A stretch of DNA of 64,000 bases from the IMG/VR virus record IMGVR_UViG_3300033066_000778, positions 1 to 64,000 of that record. One strand, 5' to 3'. The stretch's first letter is position 1. Each line of letters opens with the position of its first letter. Under the pieces are notes generated by a model. That model was not told where the DNA came from and did not search any database. It saw only the letters and a program-made list of their open reading frames with translations. Shown in pieces: positions 18,823-27,901 of the stretch. The position numbers were made by a program, and so were the translations under genes. Source of the DNA: a virus. Taxonomy: Duplodnaviria > Caudoviricetes.

Positions 18823-19404
18823 TTATCCTTCGATTTGAAAAGGAAAGTCAGTCCCGAATTCTTTTTTATAGAAACCAGACTGTTTTAATGAGTTGTAAAC
18901 GGGATGATTTAGAATGAAGTGTGTTGAAAGTTGGGAGGAGAGAAATACATCTCTAAAAAATTCCTCAACACTTTCAATGTCGTAAGCAACCATTAGTGTT
19001 TTCATTTTCTTATCTGAAAACATATCCATGTCAGCTTCCGTAGGGACGTATGCAATAGTCGCTTGCTTTACGTGACGAAGGTATTCTTCATACCGTTCAA
19101 TCCCTTTTTGGGAAGCCATCATTTTAAGTGTTGGTACTTCCCGAGCTTTACGATTTGGTTTCTTATACATAGAGATCTGGGCAAGGAGATATGTTCGAGG
19201 AGAAACCTTCAACTGTTTGATTAGCTGAAGAAGAATGACAGCGTCTTTAAACCAATCGACATTTGAGAGTGTGTCAATGTTCTTTCTTACCTTTAACATA
19301 TACTTATACGGGTGTGTTACAGAGACTATTGTGTTATGAATACTTATGAACGAGCTAACCTCATCCAGCGTTATCCCCGTAGTCTCCAATAGGTTCTTTT
19401 TCAT
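18823..19404 (-). CDS. Hypothetical replication-associated protein
   Basis: 193 aa, located between the two helicase genes. Confidence 0.7.
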   Translation of the reverse strand: MKKNLLETTGITLDEVSSFISIHNTIVSVTHPYKYMLKVRKNIDTLSNVDWFKDAVILLQLIKQLKVSPRTYLLAQISMYKKPNRKAREVPTLKMMASQKGIERYEEYLRHVKQATIAYVPTEADMDMFSDKKMKTLMVAYDIESVEEFFRDVFLSSQLSTHFILNHPVYNSLKQSGFYKKEFGTDFPFQIEG

Positions 19405-20896
19405 TATACTCTCCTAAAACCTCTTTAGCTTTCACAGAAGTAACTGAATCAAACAAAGACTCTTCCAGATAGTGTGTTAACCTAGTAGTAGCGTGCTTTT
19501 TAAGATAAGGATTCGTCGTATCCATCACGTCAATGATCTCCGCATCGGAGCCATCGGCTTTTAGCCGTAAAGCCCTACCAACGCGTTGTACGGTCCTATT
19601 GTAAGACTCTCCACCACCAACTGTCAAGAGGCAATTGATAGATGGAATGTCGATACCTTCATCCGCAATTACTGTAGTAATAACACAAGAGATTTTCTTT
19701 TGTTTCAATTCTTCGAAAGCTTCATCTACATCTTCTATACCCGAAGAGCCATTCACCATACGAACTTTTTCTTCAGGTACTTTAGAAATCAGTTTTGCAT
19801 ACGCATTTTCTGCTAGGGCGATTGAATTACCAACTAAAAGCAGAACTGTTTTTCCTTCGTCTATCCTTTGTTTGGCGATCTCCGTAAAGACATCCGTACG
19901 ATATGGGTTGTAAACAATAAGGCGCTTATACGCTTCTTCCCAACTGAGGCTTTCCTGCTTAGGTTTGGAAACTACCAAACACGTAAGTCTAGAACGGGAA
20001 ATAGTCCCTTTCTTTTTTAGCTCTTCAACTGGAATGTCATAGATAATCGGGCCAATTAAACTCCTAAGTAATAGGTCTCTATCATCTTCATTTCTCTTTG
20101 GCGTTGCTGAAAGCCCTAAGCGGATTGGTGCATCAAGGAGTTTTAGAACAGAGGAGAATGTTTTACTTGTACTTCTGTGGACCTCATCGCAAATGACAAA
20201 TTCAATACGCTTTAATAGCTCTTTGAGATCATCGCTATACTCGTCTGATGTCAGACGGGAGTAAAGAGTATTGATCGACGCTACCGTTAACTGGCTTGGT
20301 TCCCAGTGATCCGCGTCGATGAGGCCAACCTTGTCCTTGTCTTTTCCGAAGACTTCATAAATTACTTCGAAGTTCTGTTTTGTTAATTTCTTACCACGGA
20401 CTAGAAACAGCGTTGGAAGATCAAGAACTTTAGCTAAAGTCCCACCAATAAGCGTTTTGCCACCTGAAGTTGGAATTTTGATAATCCCTCTCGGAAGCGT
20501 CATATCAGAGTTCTTAATTAAACCTAGGAACGCTTCCATAGCTTTCGTCTGGTAGTCGTAGAAAGTGAACTTTCCTATTTTGCTAGGGAGATTTATATTC
20601 ATGTACGAATAGTCAGAGTCAAACTGCCGTTCTATTTCGTACTTAATATGAAAACGGTCCAAACAATCCAAGATTATATCAAGTACGCCAGGAGGAAAGG
20701 CATAGGAAGCCCTACTAAACAAGTGGAGCTTCCCATCCCATACCCTTGTACCATCTGACCTACGCTTTTTGTATAGCGTAGAAAACTGATAGTTTGTTAC
20801 GAAGGCAGACGTTGCAGAATCAATGATATCTATAACATTGCCCGGTAACTTGCCTTCGATAAGGCAACGCTTGGAATCAGCAATAACCTTGACCAT
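19361..20896 (-). CDS. uvsW: UvsW-like SF2 helicase
   Basis: YDYQ, PTSGGKT, DEVH, GLSATP, EGIDIP, QRVGRALR. Confidence 0.9.
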   Translation of the reverse strand: MVKVIADSKRCLIEGKLPGNVIDIIDSATSAFVTNYQFSTLYKKRRSDGTRVWDGKLHLFSRASYAFPPGVLDIILDCLDRFHIKYEIERQFDSDYSYMNINLPSKIGKFTFYDYQTKAMEAFLGLIKNSDMTLPRGIIKIPTSGGKTLIGGTLAKVLDLPTLFLVRGKKLTKQNFEVIYEVFGKDKDKVGLIDADHWEPSQLTVASINTLYSRLTSDEYSDDLKELLKRIEFVICDEVHRSTSKTFSSVLKLLDAPIRLGLSATPKRNEDDRDLLLRSLIGPIIYDIPVEELKKKGTISRSRLTCLVVSKPKQESLSWEEAYKRLIVYNPYRTDVFTEIAKQRIDEGKTVLLLVGNSIALAENAYAKLISKVPEEKVRMVNGSSGIEDVDEAFEELKQKKISCVITTVIADEGIDIPSINCLLTVGGGESYNRTVQRVGRALRLKADGSDAEIIDVMDTTNPYLKKHATTRLTHYLEESLFDSVTSVKAKEVLGEYNEKEPIGDYGDNAG

Positions 20897-21345
20897 TAGT
20901 TAGTGGACTTATCCTCAGCTTCCTTGATGATGTACTGCGAAATGAATTTCTTAAACATCTCTGAGTGGGGAAGTTCAAGCGTTTTCGTTGCTGTTGCGTG
21001 TGAAGTGCCTCCTGCATCGACAACCTGTGAGATGATTTCAATGTCATCCGCAAAGAGTTTAAACGTAAGTGTAGCATTAAGTTCAAGCGCGGTATCGACA
21101 CGTTTGACAAGATTCTGCTCCTTAAGACACTTCATTAAACCTTCGCGCCATTGACGGTAATCTTCCGTTGATGTTACGAAATCACCGTATTCCATTACCT
21201 TTTTATTAGAGAGAAACCTAATAGCCGTTTCAAGTCTAGCTACAGTACGAAACTGCTCTACTTTAATGTTAGAGAGTTCCTGAGACACTGAGTCAACAAC
21301 GGACTTAAGTTGTTCAACTGTTACATACTGTGGGGTTTCGGCCAT
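20896..21345 (-). CDS. Hypothetical protein, first gene of the replication operon
   Basis: Start moved to MAETP (21345), which follows an AAGGAG SD. Confidence 0.75.
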   Translation of the reverse strand: MAETPQYVTVEQLKSVVDSVSQELSNIKVEQFRTVARLETAIRFLSNKKVMEYGDFVTSTEDYRQWREGLMKCLKEQNLVKRVDTALELNATLTFKLFADDIEIISQVVDAGGTSHATATKTLELPHSEMFKKFISQYIIKEAEDKSTN

Positions 21346-21368
21346 AAAAATACTCCTTAGTACCATGA

Positions 21369-21397
21369 AATATATAGACCCCTATGCACTAAAGCAA
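21369..21397 (-). promoter_or_regulatory. Sigma70-like promoter for the replication operon
   Basis: TTGCTT-N17-TATATT immediately upstream of the SD and ATG; overlapped by an inverted repeat. Confidence 0.65.
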
Positions 21398-21424
21398 GGG
21401 GCCTTATACCGTATTAGTTCTTAA

Positions 21425-21960
21425 AAAATTATGAGGGGGGAGGAGAGAGTACACCGGGGGATTCCCAAAGGATATTGGGTAGGGCTCTTGTTTGAATTTC
21501 TTTAGGAATAACCATAAATCTTAACGTATGAGTGATGTTAATCATAATAGTTTAGGCTCTTTTAGGGGATCTTTAGTGATCCAATTGATTGCTATTGTTG
21601 GTACGCCTCGCCAAGTTAATCGTATCGGTTAGATCGTAAAAACCAGTGGGTACATGCATTAATTAGGGTTAAGATCTTATGGCTCTTCCTAAAGTTGTTT
21701 TGCGCCTCTACTCTCAGTCAGTTAGTCTAAATCCCTACTTGATGACATAGGGTTTCGATAATTTCTTATCGTATCCATATGACCAGGACGTATCCCCCGT
21801 AGACCGGCGATCAATTACGCCTCCGTTGCCTGGGTTTCCTGACTGAATGGTGCCAAAGGTATGATTCTTCTCGTAACGAACCATTATAAATCACCGAAGT
21901 AGAGACAATCGAGCTTGTTTTGGAAATTCGCTCGGAAGCCTCCAACCATGCACAAGAGCA
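21425..21960 (-). ncRNA. Candidate large structured ncRNA (~535 nt)
   Basis: No convincing ORF; many helices including a ~26-bp imperfect stem, GAAA and cUUCGg tetraloops and an 8-bp long-range pseudoknot; own promoter and 3' U-tract. Confidence 0.62.
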
Positions 21961-21965
21961 TGAGG

Positions 21966-21993
21966 AATATATTACCTTTTCGGTGAAAGTCAA
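21966..21993 (-). promoter_or_regulatory. Sigma70-like promoter upstream of the candidate ncRNA
   Basis: TTGACT-N16-TATATT. Confidence 0.55.
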
Positions 21994-22063
21994 GGTTGGT
22001 TATTCAGCAAAGTAGCCTAGTTTAAATGGTACAGGAAGAAGTTTTAGATCCTATCGAGGAGTT

Positions 22064-22309
22064 TCACGTTACAACTACTCCTGTTCTTAAAGAAAACAAG
22101 CCTAAGCAGTTTTCAGAACAAAAAGTAAAAAACGATGATTGTACTAAACCTTTAAATCCAACCGTAACTGTTATCGCATCGCATATTGGTAGTTTGTTTT
22201 TACATGTAATACAAAGTACCAAAATACTAACGTCAAATTGATCGTAAGTTCCGGTTATGTCATGAATGTAGTCTACAGCGATGTCGTTTATTGTACTTCC
22301 TAGTGCCAT
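22064..22309 (-). CDS. Small TRASH/MYM-type Zn-ribbon protein
   Basis: CITC...FCSENC; follows the upstream gene after 4 nt. Confidence 0.6.
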   Translation of the reverse strand: MALGSTINDIAVDYIHDITGTYDQFDVSILVLCITCKNKLPICDAITVTVGFKGLVQSSFFTFCSENCLGLFSLRTGVVVT

Positions 22310-22313
22310 AATT

Positions 22314-22715
22314 TTACAGTAGTTTGTTAAAGAGTTTTTTCTCCAATGTGTAAACTACATTTTCCCATGATACCCGAGTACGTGAAACAAGTTCTTCCAC
22401 GAGCTTCTTATTAGTAATGTGCTTTACTGCCTCAGAGTGTTCATCAATAAGAGGCCACGTAAGCATATGAAGAATTTCATGGAAGATCGACCGTTTTAGC
22501 TCGACGGCATGTAGCGTTTTGAGAAGTTCTTTGTTAAAGAAGACAATGAATGCCGTTTTGTCATGATTGTCTCTTTCAGACCTTCCAACCAGAAATAGCG
22601 TGATGTCGTGATCAGGGCATACTTCTTCGGTAAGAGGTCTGAACGTTAAATCAAAATCCAGCTTCATCTTTGTAAGTTGAGACTGGAAAAGCTTCTTAAT
22701 CTTAGTTTCATTCAT
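22314..22715 (-). CDS. HEXXH zincin-like metallopeptidase domain protein
   Basis: IFHEILHML; start MNETK at a TAATG overlap. Confidence 0.65.
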   Translation of the reverse strand: MNETKIKKLFQSQLTKMKLDFDLTFRPLTEEVCPDHDITLFLVGRSERDNHDKTAFIVFFNKELLKTLHAVELKRSIFHEILHMLTWPLIDEHSEAVKHITNKKLVEELVSRTRVSWENVVYTLEKKLFNKLL

Positions 22716-23290
22716 TACGATTCCGATCCTGCTGTAAAAGTAAATGTCCATTCAGCTTCTAACGTGTTTAGGGGGGTTTTAATCTTATCCCCGAAAACTC
22801 TTCTAGCAAACCACGAAAACTTGATTGGAGTATCTCCTTCTTTTGACATAAGTACCGCTTCGCGGAACGTAAGCCCTTGACCGGATGATCCGTTTCCTAG
22901 GTTCCCTGGCAAAGATACTTTGAGAGTGATGGAATTGCTAGAGGAAGAATAGAAAGTTGTTTTTATGATTTCTGATGCGTAAGCAGGACTGATCGTGTTA
23001 GGGTCTAGCGTTCCATTGTCGTAAGGAGGAATATCCGTCCTTTGAGGAGGAGTAGCTCTAGTACCGAATTGAATATAAAGAGGAAGATACGGCATTGCTT
23101 TATATGATTGGTATAACTTCGTCCCAGCAGATATATCGGAAGGTAGGGAAATATTACCAACTAGTAAATTACATAGGGAAGTAAGACCGGAGTTTAAAAT
23201 AAGATTTGAATCTTCATCAACAGAAAGTATGTTACCATTAAGGTCTTTCATGGTAAGTTTGAGTTTTCCGGCAACTTTAATGTTTTCCAT
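22715..23290 (-). CDS. Baseplate/tail-fibre attachment structural protein
   Basis: NLILNSG..REAVL..FARRVF..KIKT..EWTFTF pattern typical of tail collar/baseplate proteins. Confidence 0.6.
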   Translation of the reverse strand: MENIKVAGKLKLTMKDLNGNILSVDEDSNLILNSGLTSLCNLLVGNISLPSDISAGTKLYQSYKAMPYLPLYIQFGTRATPPQRTDIPPYDNGTLDPNTISPAYASEIIKTTFYSSSSNSITLKVSLPGNLGNGSSGQGLTFREAVLMSKEGDTPIKFSWFARRVFGDKIKTPLNTLEAEWTFTFTAGSES

Positions 23291-23299
23291 AATTAGTCC

Positions 23300-26200
23300 T
23301 TACTGGTAAGTATAGTACTTTGTTTTTAGGTCGTACTGCTCGTCAGGGTTTGTTACCCTAACGTCGTAGCTATGATCTTGAATTGGTGGAGGAACGATGA
23401 TAATACCACCACCTGGCTGTTGAATAACCGTTGGCGTCCTTATGATAGTAAGAGGCTCTGGTATCATGGTTCCAATCTTGAGGTAAGGGGGTGTAATAAG
23501 CTGTGTAGATCCTTCTTGGGTGACAAGTAGGGTTTGGTCCCCGATGGTCACAGTGCCCGTTCTGGTCGCTCCTGCGTTAGCCATTACTGCTATTGTTACG
23601 GAGCCATTACCTGTACCTCCAGCCGAAACTGGAATTCGAATCCATGCATCTGTTGTAGTAACGGTCCATACACAAGATGGTCCTGTCGTTACTGCTATGA
23701 TATGTTTCGTATCTACGCCACCAGTAGGGATGTAAATAGAGCTAGGATTTAGAGTAAACGTACATCCGCCAGCAGATGCTTGAATAACAGTAAAAGTATT
23801 TCCTTCTACTGTTATAGTCCCGTTTCTTGGAGGACCAGAGTTTTCAGCAACGTCAAAAAAGATCTTCGCACTACCTGTGTTATTGGTAGGACTGGTTATG
23901 GTTAGCCATGCATCGTTGCTTACAACTGTCCAGGGGCAAGTAGGTCCACTTGCTGTTACTTCAAATGACATCCCTGTAGATGCCGTAGCTGGAACGCCTA
24001 CCGATAAACTTCCTAACGTGATAGTACAGACATCGGGAGGAGGTGGAGGAGTTTGTAGGTAGATATTAAGACTTTCGGAACAAACAGCCTCATCATTGAG
24101 TGTAAGCGCGAACTGCACCCTATCCAGAACGGTAGTTGTGGGCTTTATGAGCTTAACCTTATTTACGATGTAGTCTAAATGTGCTTTGGTTAGGAATGTT
24201 CCAGTAGTTCCCTTCGCTTTGATAAGAAAGTGAGGAGTTTGATACCAAATATAGTGTTGTGGGTCTGTGTCCTCAATTGTATACGCGTAAGAGACGAAAA
24301 TTCTTGAAGGTGAAATAAGAATTGGTCTAAAACCAAAAATTAGCTTGTTACAGCTGTTATTTACCTGTAAGTTATCGAGTTCTAACGTTTCAGTCGGTCC
24401 AAAGGAGCTATTTGTTACGGTTAACTGGCTATTTACTACTGAAGCTACTAATCCTGCTCCAGTAAACGTTGCATCATTGTTCAAAAGAGTACTTAAAGCA
24501 CTTGGAAAGTACCCTGTCGTGTTTTGTGGAACTGGAACGATGATTCTTGTTCCACGTACAGAGAAATACAGTGAAGAAGACGTAAGAACTTTTACAGGCC
24601 AAGTAACATTACTTCTGATTACAGCTTTTTTATACGAGTTTACGCCATTTTCCGTAAAAAAGACTAAATCGGAAATAATTCCAGTTTTATAGTCAATTTT
24701 TCCTAGTAATTTTGATGATGTAACACTATCTGTGGTGTAAGACCATGAAATTGGGTCACCAACAGCGTCAAAAGTCTTCTTTCTGTTATACAAGTATCCA
24801 TCACCTAGGTAATCTCGTAGGTATACAATGTTGTTATTATCGTCTGTGTACGAAACAACAACGCTATTTGGCTGAATACTGGTGTTTTGGAGTGTTAACG
24901 CGAATTTATTCTGTGTCTTAGTCCAAAAAACAGGTTTTGACACATTTTTATTGAAAACATTTACGTTAACTTTTGCTTCGACAAGCGATTTTTTGTTCTT
25001 CTTATCATACTCAGCGACGGGAACATGGTCCTGAACGAGGTAAATAGTACTTCCTGGTATAAAAGTAGGTTCAGTACCAAAAAGCGTAGGACCAAGGTCG
25101 TAAAGTTTTTCAAAATTTACGTCAAAATTGACAAAATTGCCGTCGCCCTTCTCAGTAGTCTCAACAACGAGTTTATTTCCGATTAGAATGAACCTGAAAG
25201 GCCAATTTTGAACAGCGGCATTTAAAGTCTCTACTACATTGGAGTACTCTAACACCAAACCTGGAGCAAGCGTAAGCGTGTAGTCCGTATCATTTACGTT
25301 AAAGTATAGCTTATTCGATAGTAATGAGACAACGATTGGGAAAGTGACTTCCTCACCTTGGATGTAGGCACTTTGGTCTTCAGTTACGTTTTCCGGATAT
25401 AGAAAATTGTTGTAGTTTGGAGAATTTCGGTCTAAATCAATAGGAGCTTGATAAAAGTACGTGTAATTGTACTTAAGAGGAACTAAGACCTTACCATCTC
25501 CTCCACCACCGCCTCCGGTTCCACCCCCACCGCCTGAGCCACCATCACCAGGAACAGTGAATAAGGCGGTACAGATCCATGGGCTTTCACTGTAAGCATT
25601 TGAGGACTTAACACAAGCTCTATAACGTGTGTTGGGCACGAGGTTAGGAATCTTTAGACTTCCTCCCCATTGCCCCATTTCATATACGTTGTAGTACCAG
25701 TGAACGCCCGGATCGGTTGGATCTGATCCAGCAGCATCGGTATTTGTGACCTTTACGAAGTACTCATAAGTATAAGGAACGAGCTGCGTTAGAGACTTAG
25801 GAATTTTCCATAAGAACGCAGCATTAGTTCCAGATACTTTTAAAGCAACGATTTCAGGGATTTCTGGTGGATGAGAGCCGGGATCAATTGGTATTGGCCT
25901 TCCTACAATAAAGGAAGATGGACCGTATCCACCAGCATTAAAGGCTTGAATCTTAAATGTGTAGTCTGTTGTATTATCTAATCCAGTAAATTCCGCTGTA
26001 TGAACAGACCCAGAGATCTGCTTTACTTCTCCAGTAGATATATTGGTTACGCTGTATCCGTCGATGTTAACTGACGTTCCACTAACAACCCCACCAGGGG
26101 CTTGCAATGTCGTAGCATAGTCCAACGGAGGGCTCCACGTAAGGACAACGCTCTGATCCCTACCTTGGATGCTAAAGCCTTCTACGGAGCCAGGAACCAG

Positions 26201-27424
26201 GGTTCTTCCATCTATACCTACAATTGAAATTACAGGAGAAGAGGATAGACCAAGATAGTTTTGTGCTTGGATCGAGAATGAATACTGTACGTTAGGTAGT
26301 AACCCAGTAACTACAAGAGAAGAAGTTCCCGGTTGCGTCCAGAATTCTTCTCCAGTATTCATGTTTTTGATTAGGTAGGCAGATATTGGGTAGCCACCAT
26401 TATCAATCGGGGCTGACCACTGTAAGGTGGTATTCGTTCCACTTACGGTATTCTTAAAGTAAGAAACAGGCCCTGGAAGGAACTTTACACCAGGATCAAC
26501 TCTTAACTGTAATTTAACGTTTACAAAAGTAAACTGGTTAAATCCAGTGGGAAGGGTATTGTTCTTTTCTAATTCTGAAATAAGAGCAAGTTTAGTATAG
26601 CCTTTCTTGTTCACGGCTAAGGAACCAAGAGGTATTGAAACTTCCTGTCCAGCCAGTAAAGCTGCTCCTCGGGTGCCGATAACTCCTAGTTCTGTCAAAA
26701 CAGGAGTAAATGTAGCATTTGTCGTTGAGTCATCTGCCGTCTTATAGACATAGAGATTTATACTATCATCATTTAAGACAGTCTTCGTTACGTCTAGCGT
26801 GACTAATAAATTAGCTTCTAAGACAGCATCTTGCTCATTGAGAGATCTTGTATCAAATAGTAGATACGGACGACTATAATTAGTCGTAATTGCTGTTTGG
26901 TCAGAGATATCACGGAGATTATCTACCCAAGCATTTTTTATTGCTAATCCCTTATCTGCAATAAAAATAGAACTAGCTTCATACTGAAGTGAGCTAAAGT
27001 AGTTATCTGTGAACTTAACCAAGTCACCTACGTTACCGTACCGCATCAAGATATCTTTGGTGTAAGAAGAATATGGTATTTTCCCAATTCCTCTGCTTAC
27101 AGCAAAACTAAGTAGACACTTCTCAGCAAATGCTTGTATTGACGGAGTTACGGTACACGTAGCCGGAAGCTGCTTAAAATATGTTGATGGCCCTACAGTT
27201 ATAGGTAGCTGTTCACGAAAGCTATTTCTGTAAGTTACAGTATCTCTGTAATCAATGTTTGGGTATACATCTGTTGGTGACACGTATAGAGAAGACGCCG
27301 AATAATCTCTGGAAAGAACAGATATTCCAGTAATGAAGGCATCTGGAGACTTGACGAAATCTCTATATGGAATACCATTTAAGGTACTCCATGACATGAT
27401 GGGGTATGTTTTTATTTCCGTCAT
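23300..27424 (-). CDS. Large baseplate wedge/fibre protein with 3 FN3 and 2 BACON-like domains and a C-terminal half-IPT motif
   Basis: FN3 LQWSAP..GGYPI..Y.FSIQAQN; BACON CPWTV..DAWL..VAENSG..RNGTIT; gpI-like IKPTTT. Confidence 0.75.
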   Translation of the reverse strand: MTEIKTYPIMSWSTLNGIPYRDFVKSPDAFITGISVLSRDYSASSLYVSPTDVYPNIDYRDTVTYRNSFREQLPITVGPSTYFKQLPATCTVTPSIQAFAEKCLLSFAVSRGIGKIPYSSYTKDILMRYGNVGDLVKFTDNYFSSLQYEASSIFIADKGLAIKNAWVDNLRDISDQTAITTNYSRPYLLFDTRSLNEQDAVLEANLLVTLDVTKTVLNDDSINLYVYKTADDSTTNATFTPVLTELGVIGTRGAALLAGQEVSIPLGSLAVNKKGYTKLALISELEKNNTLPTGFNQFTFVNVKLQLRVDPGVKFLPGPVSYFKNTVSGTNTTLQWSAPIDNGGYPISAYLIKNMNTGEEFWTQPGTSSLVVTGLLPNVQYSFSIQAQNYLGLSSSPVISIVGIDGRTLVPGSVEGFSIQGRDQSVVLTWSPPLDYATTLQAPGGVVSGTSVNIDGYSVTNISTGEVKQISGSVHTAEFTGLDNTTDYTFKIQAFNAGGYGPSSFIVGRPIPIDPGSHPPEIPEIVALKVSGTNAAFLWKIPKSLTQLVPYTYEYFVKVTNTDAAGSDPTDPGVHWYYNVYEMGQWGGSLKIPNLVPNTRYRACVKSSNAYSESPWICTALFTVPGDGGSGGGGGTGGGGGGDGKVLVPLKYNYTYFYQAPIDLDRNSPNYNNFLYPENVTEDQSAYIQGEEVTFPIVVSLLSNKLYFNVNDTDYTLTLAPGLVLEYSNVVETLNAAVQNWPFRFILIGNKLVVETTEKGDGNFVNFDVNFEKLYDLGPTLFGTEPTFIPGSTIYLVQDHVPVAEYDKKNKKSLVEAKVNVNVFNKNVSKPVFWTKTQNKFALTLQNTSIQPNSVVVSYTDDNNNIVYLRDYLGDGYLYNRKKTFDAVGDPISWSYTTDSVTSSKLLGKIDYKTGIISDLVFFTENGVNSYKKAVIRSNVTWPVKVLTSSSLYFSVRGTRIIVPVPQNTTGYFPSALSTLLNNDATFTGAGLVASVVNSQLTVTNSSFGPTETLELDNLQVNNSCNKLIFGFRPILISPSRIFVSYAYTIEDTDPQHYIWYQTPHFLIKAKGTTGTFLTKAHLDYIVNKVKLIKPTTTVLDRVQFALTLNDEAVCSESLNIYLQTPPPPPDVCTITLGSLSVGVPATASTGMSFEVTASGPTCPWTVVSNDAWLTITSPTNNTGSAKIFFDVAENSGPPRNGTITVEGNTFTVIQASAGGCTFTLNPSSIYIPTGGVDTKHIIAVTTGPSCVWTVTTTDAWIRIPVSAGGTGNGSVTIAVMANAGATRTGTVTIGDQTLLVTQEGSTQLITPPYLKIGTMIPEPLTIIRTPTVIQQPGGGIIIVPPPIQDHSYDVRVTNPDEQYDLKTKYYTYQ

Positions 27425-27433
27425 AAATACTCT

Positions 27434-27901
27434 TTAGTAGAATTGGTATCCGCTGGTGTAAGTATATAGCTGTTCGTCAGGATTAACAACTGTTACATCT
27501 ACTGACTGAGCTAGGTACTGAACAGCGGGCATGGTTAGTTTTATGTACGGAGGGGAAATTTCTACGTATTCTGTGTAGTCTGGCGTCCATAATGGAATGA
27601 TATCTACGTCTATACCAAGAGAGTAAAAGAGTATTTTGATTGAATCTACTGTTCCTTTTGTTTTGTACAGATCAATAGCATATTTGAGATTTTTTCTCAG
27701 GAAACTTGGATCTTCTTCTTTATCTTGTGGATAACCGAGTATATTATGGATAATATCCAAGTTTTCGTCAGGAACACGGTCTATGTCAAAGTTATCCAGT
27801 AACGTATCAATGAAATACTTGACGTTGTCAAGTGTCATCGCTGCTAGCTGTGTTACTGCTCGGACATCCGATTTATTCTCTGTATTAAAGTCTAATTGCA
27901 T
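27434..27901 (-). CDS. Baseplate wedge protein (P2 gpI/T4 gp7 core-like)
   Basis: DIDRVP..L..LGY..AIDLYKTKGT..SI..LG; C-terminal half-IPT motif. Confidence 0.75.
   Translation of the reverse strand: MQLDFNTENKSDVRAVTQLAAMTLDNVKYFIDTLLDNFDIDRVPDENLDIIHNILGYPQDKEEDPSFLRKNLKYAIDLYKTKGTVDSIKILFYSLGIDVDIIPLWTPDYTEYVEISPPYIKLTMPAVQYLAQSVDVTVVNPDEQLYTYTSGYQFY

Noticed and set aside
21425-21960. tmRNA, RNase P, group I/II intron or tRNA identity for the structured region
   Set aside because: No tRNA-like GGGG..CCA ends, no GAGGAAAGUCC, no matched R/S elements or domain V, and no interrupted gene.
21811-21993. 60-aa minus ORF in the intergenic gap
   Set aside because: It starts at the TTG of the -35 box, has no SD and no protein-like features; the region is better explained as structured RNA.
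25495-25550. G/C-rich repeat-like tract (also about 36260-36320)
   Set aside because: It simply encodes poly-Gly linkers.
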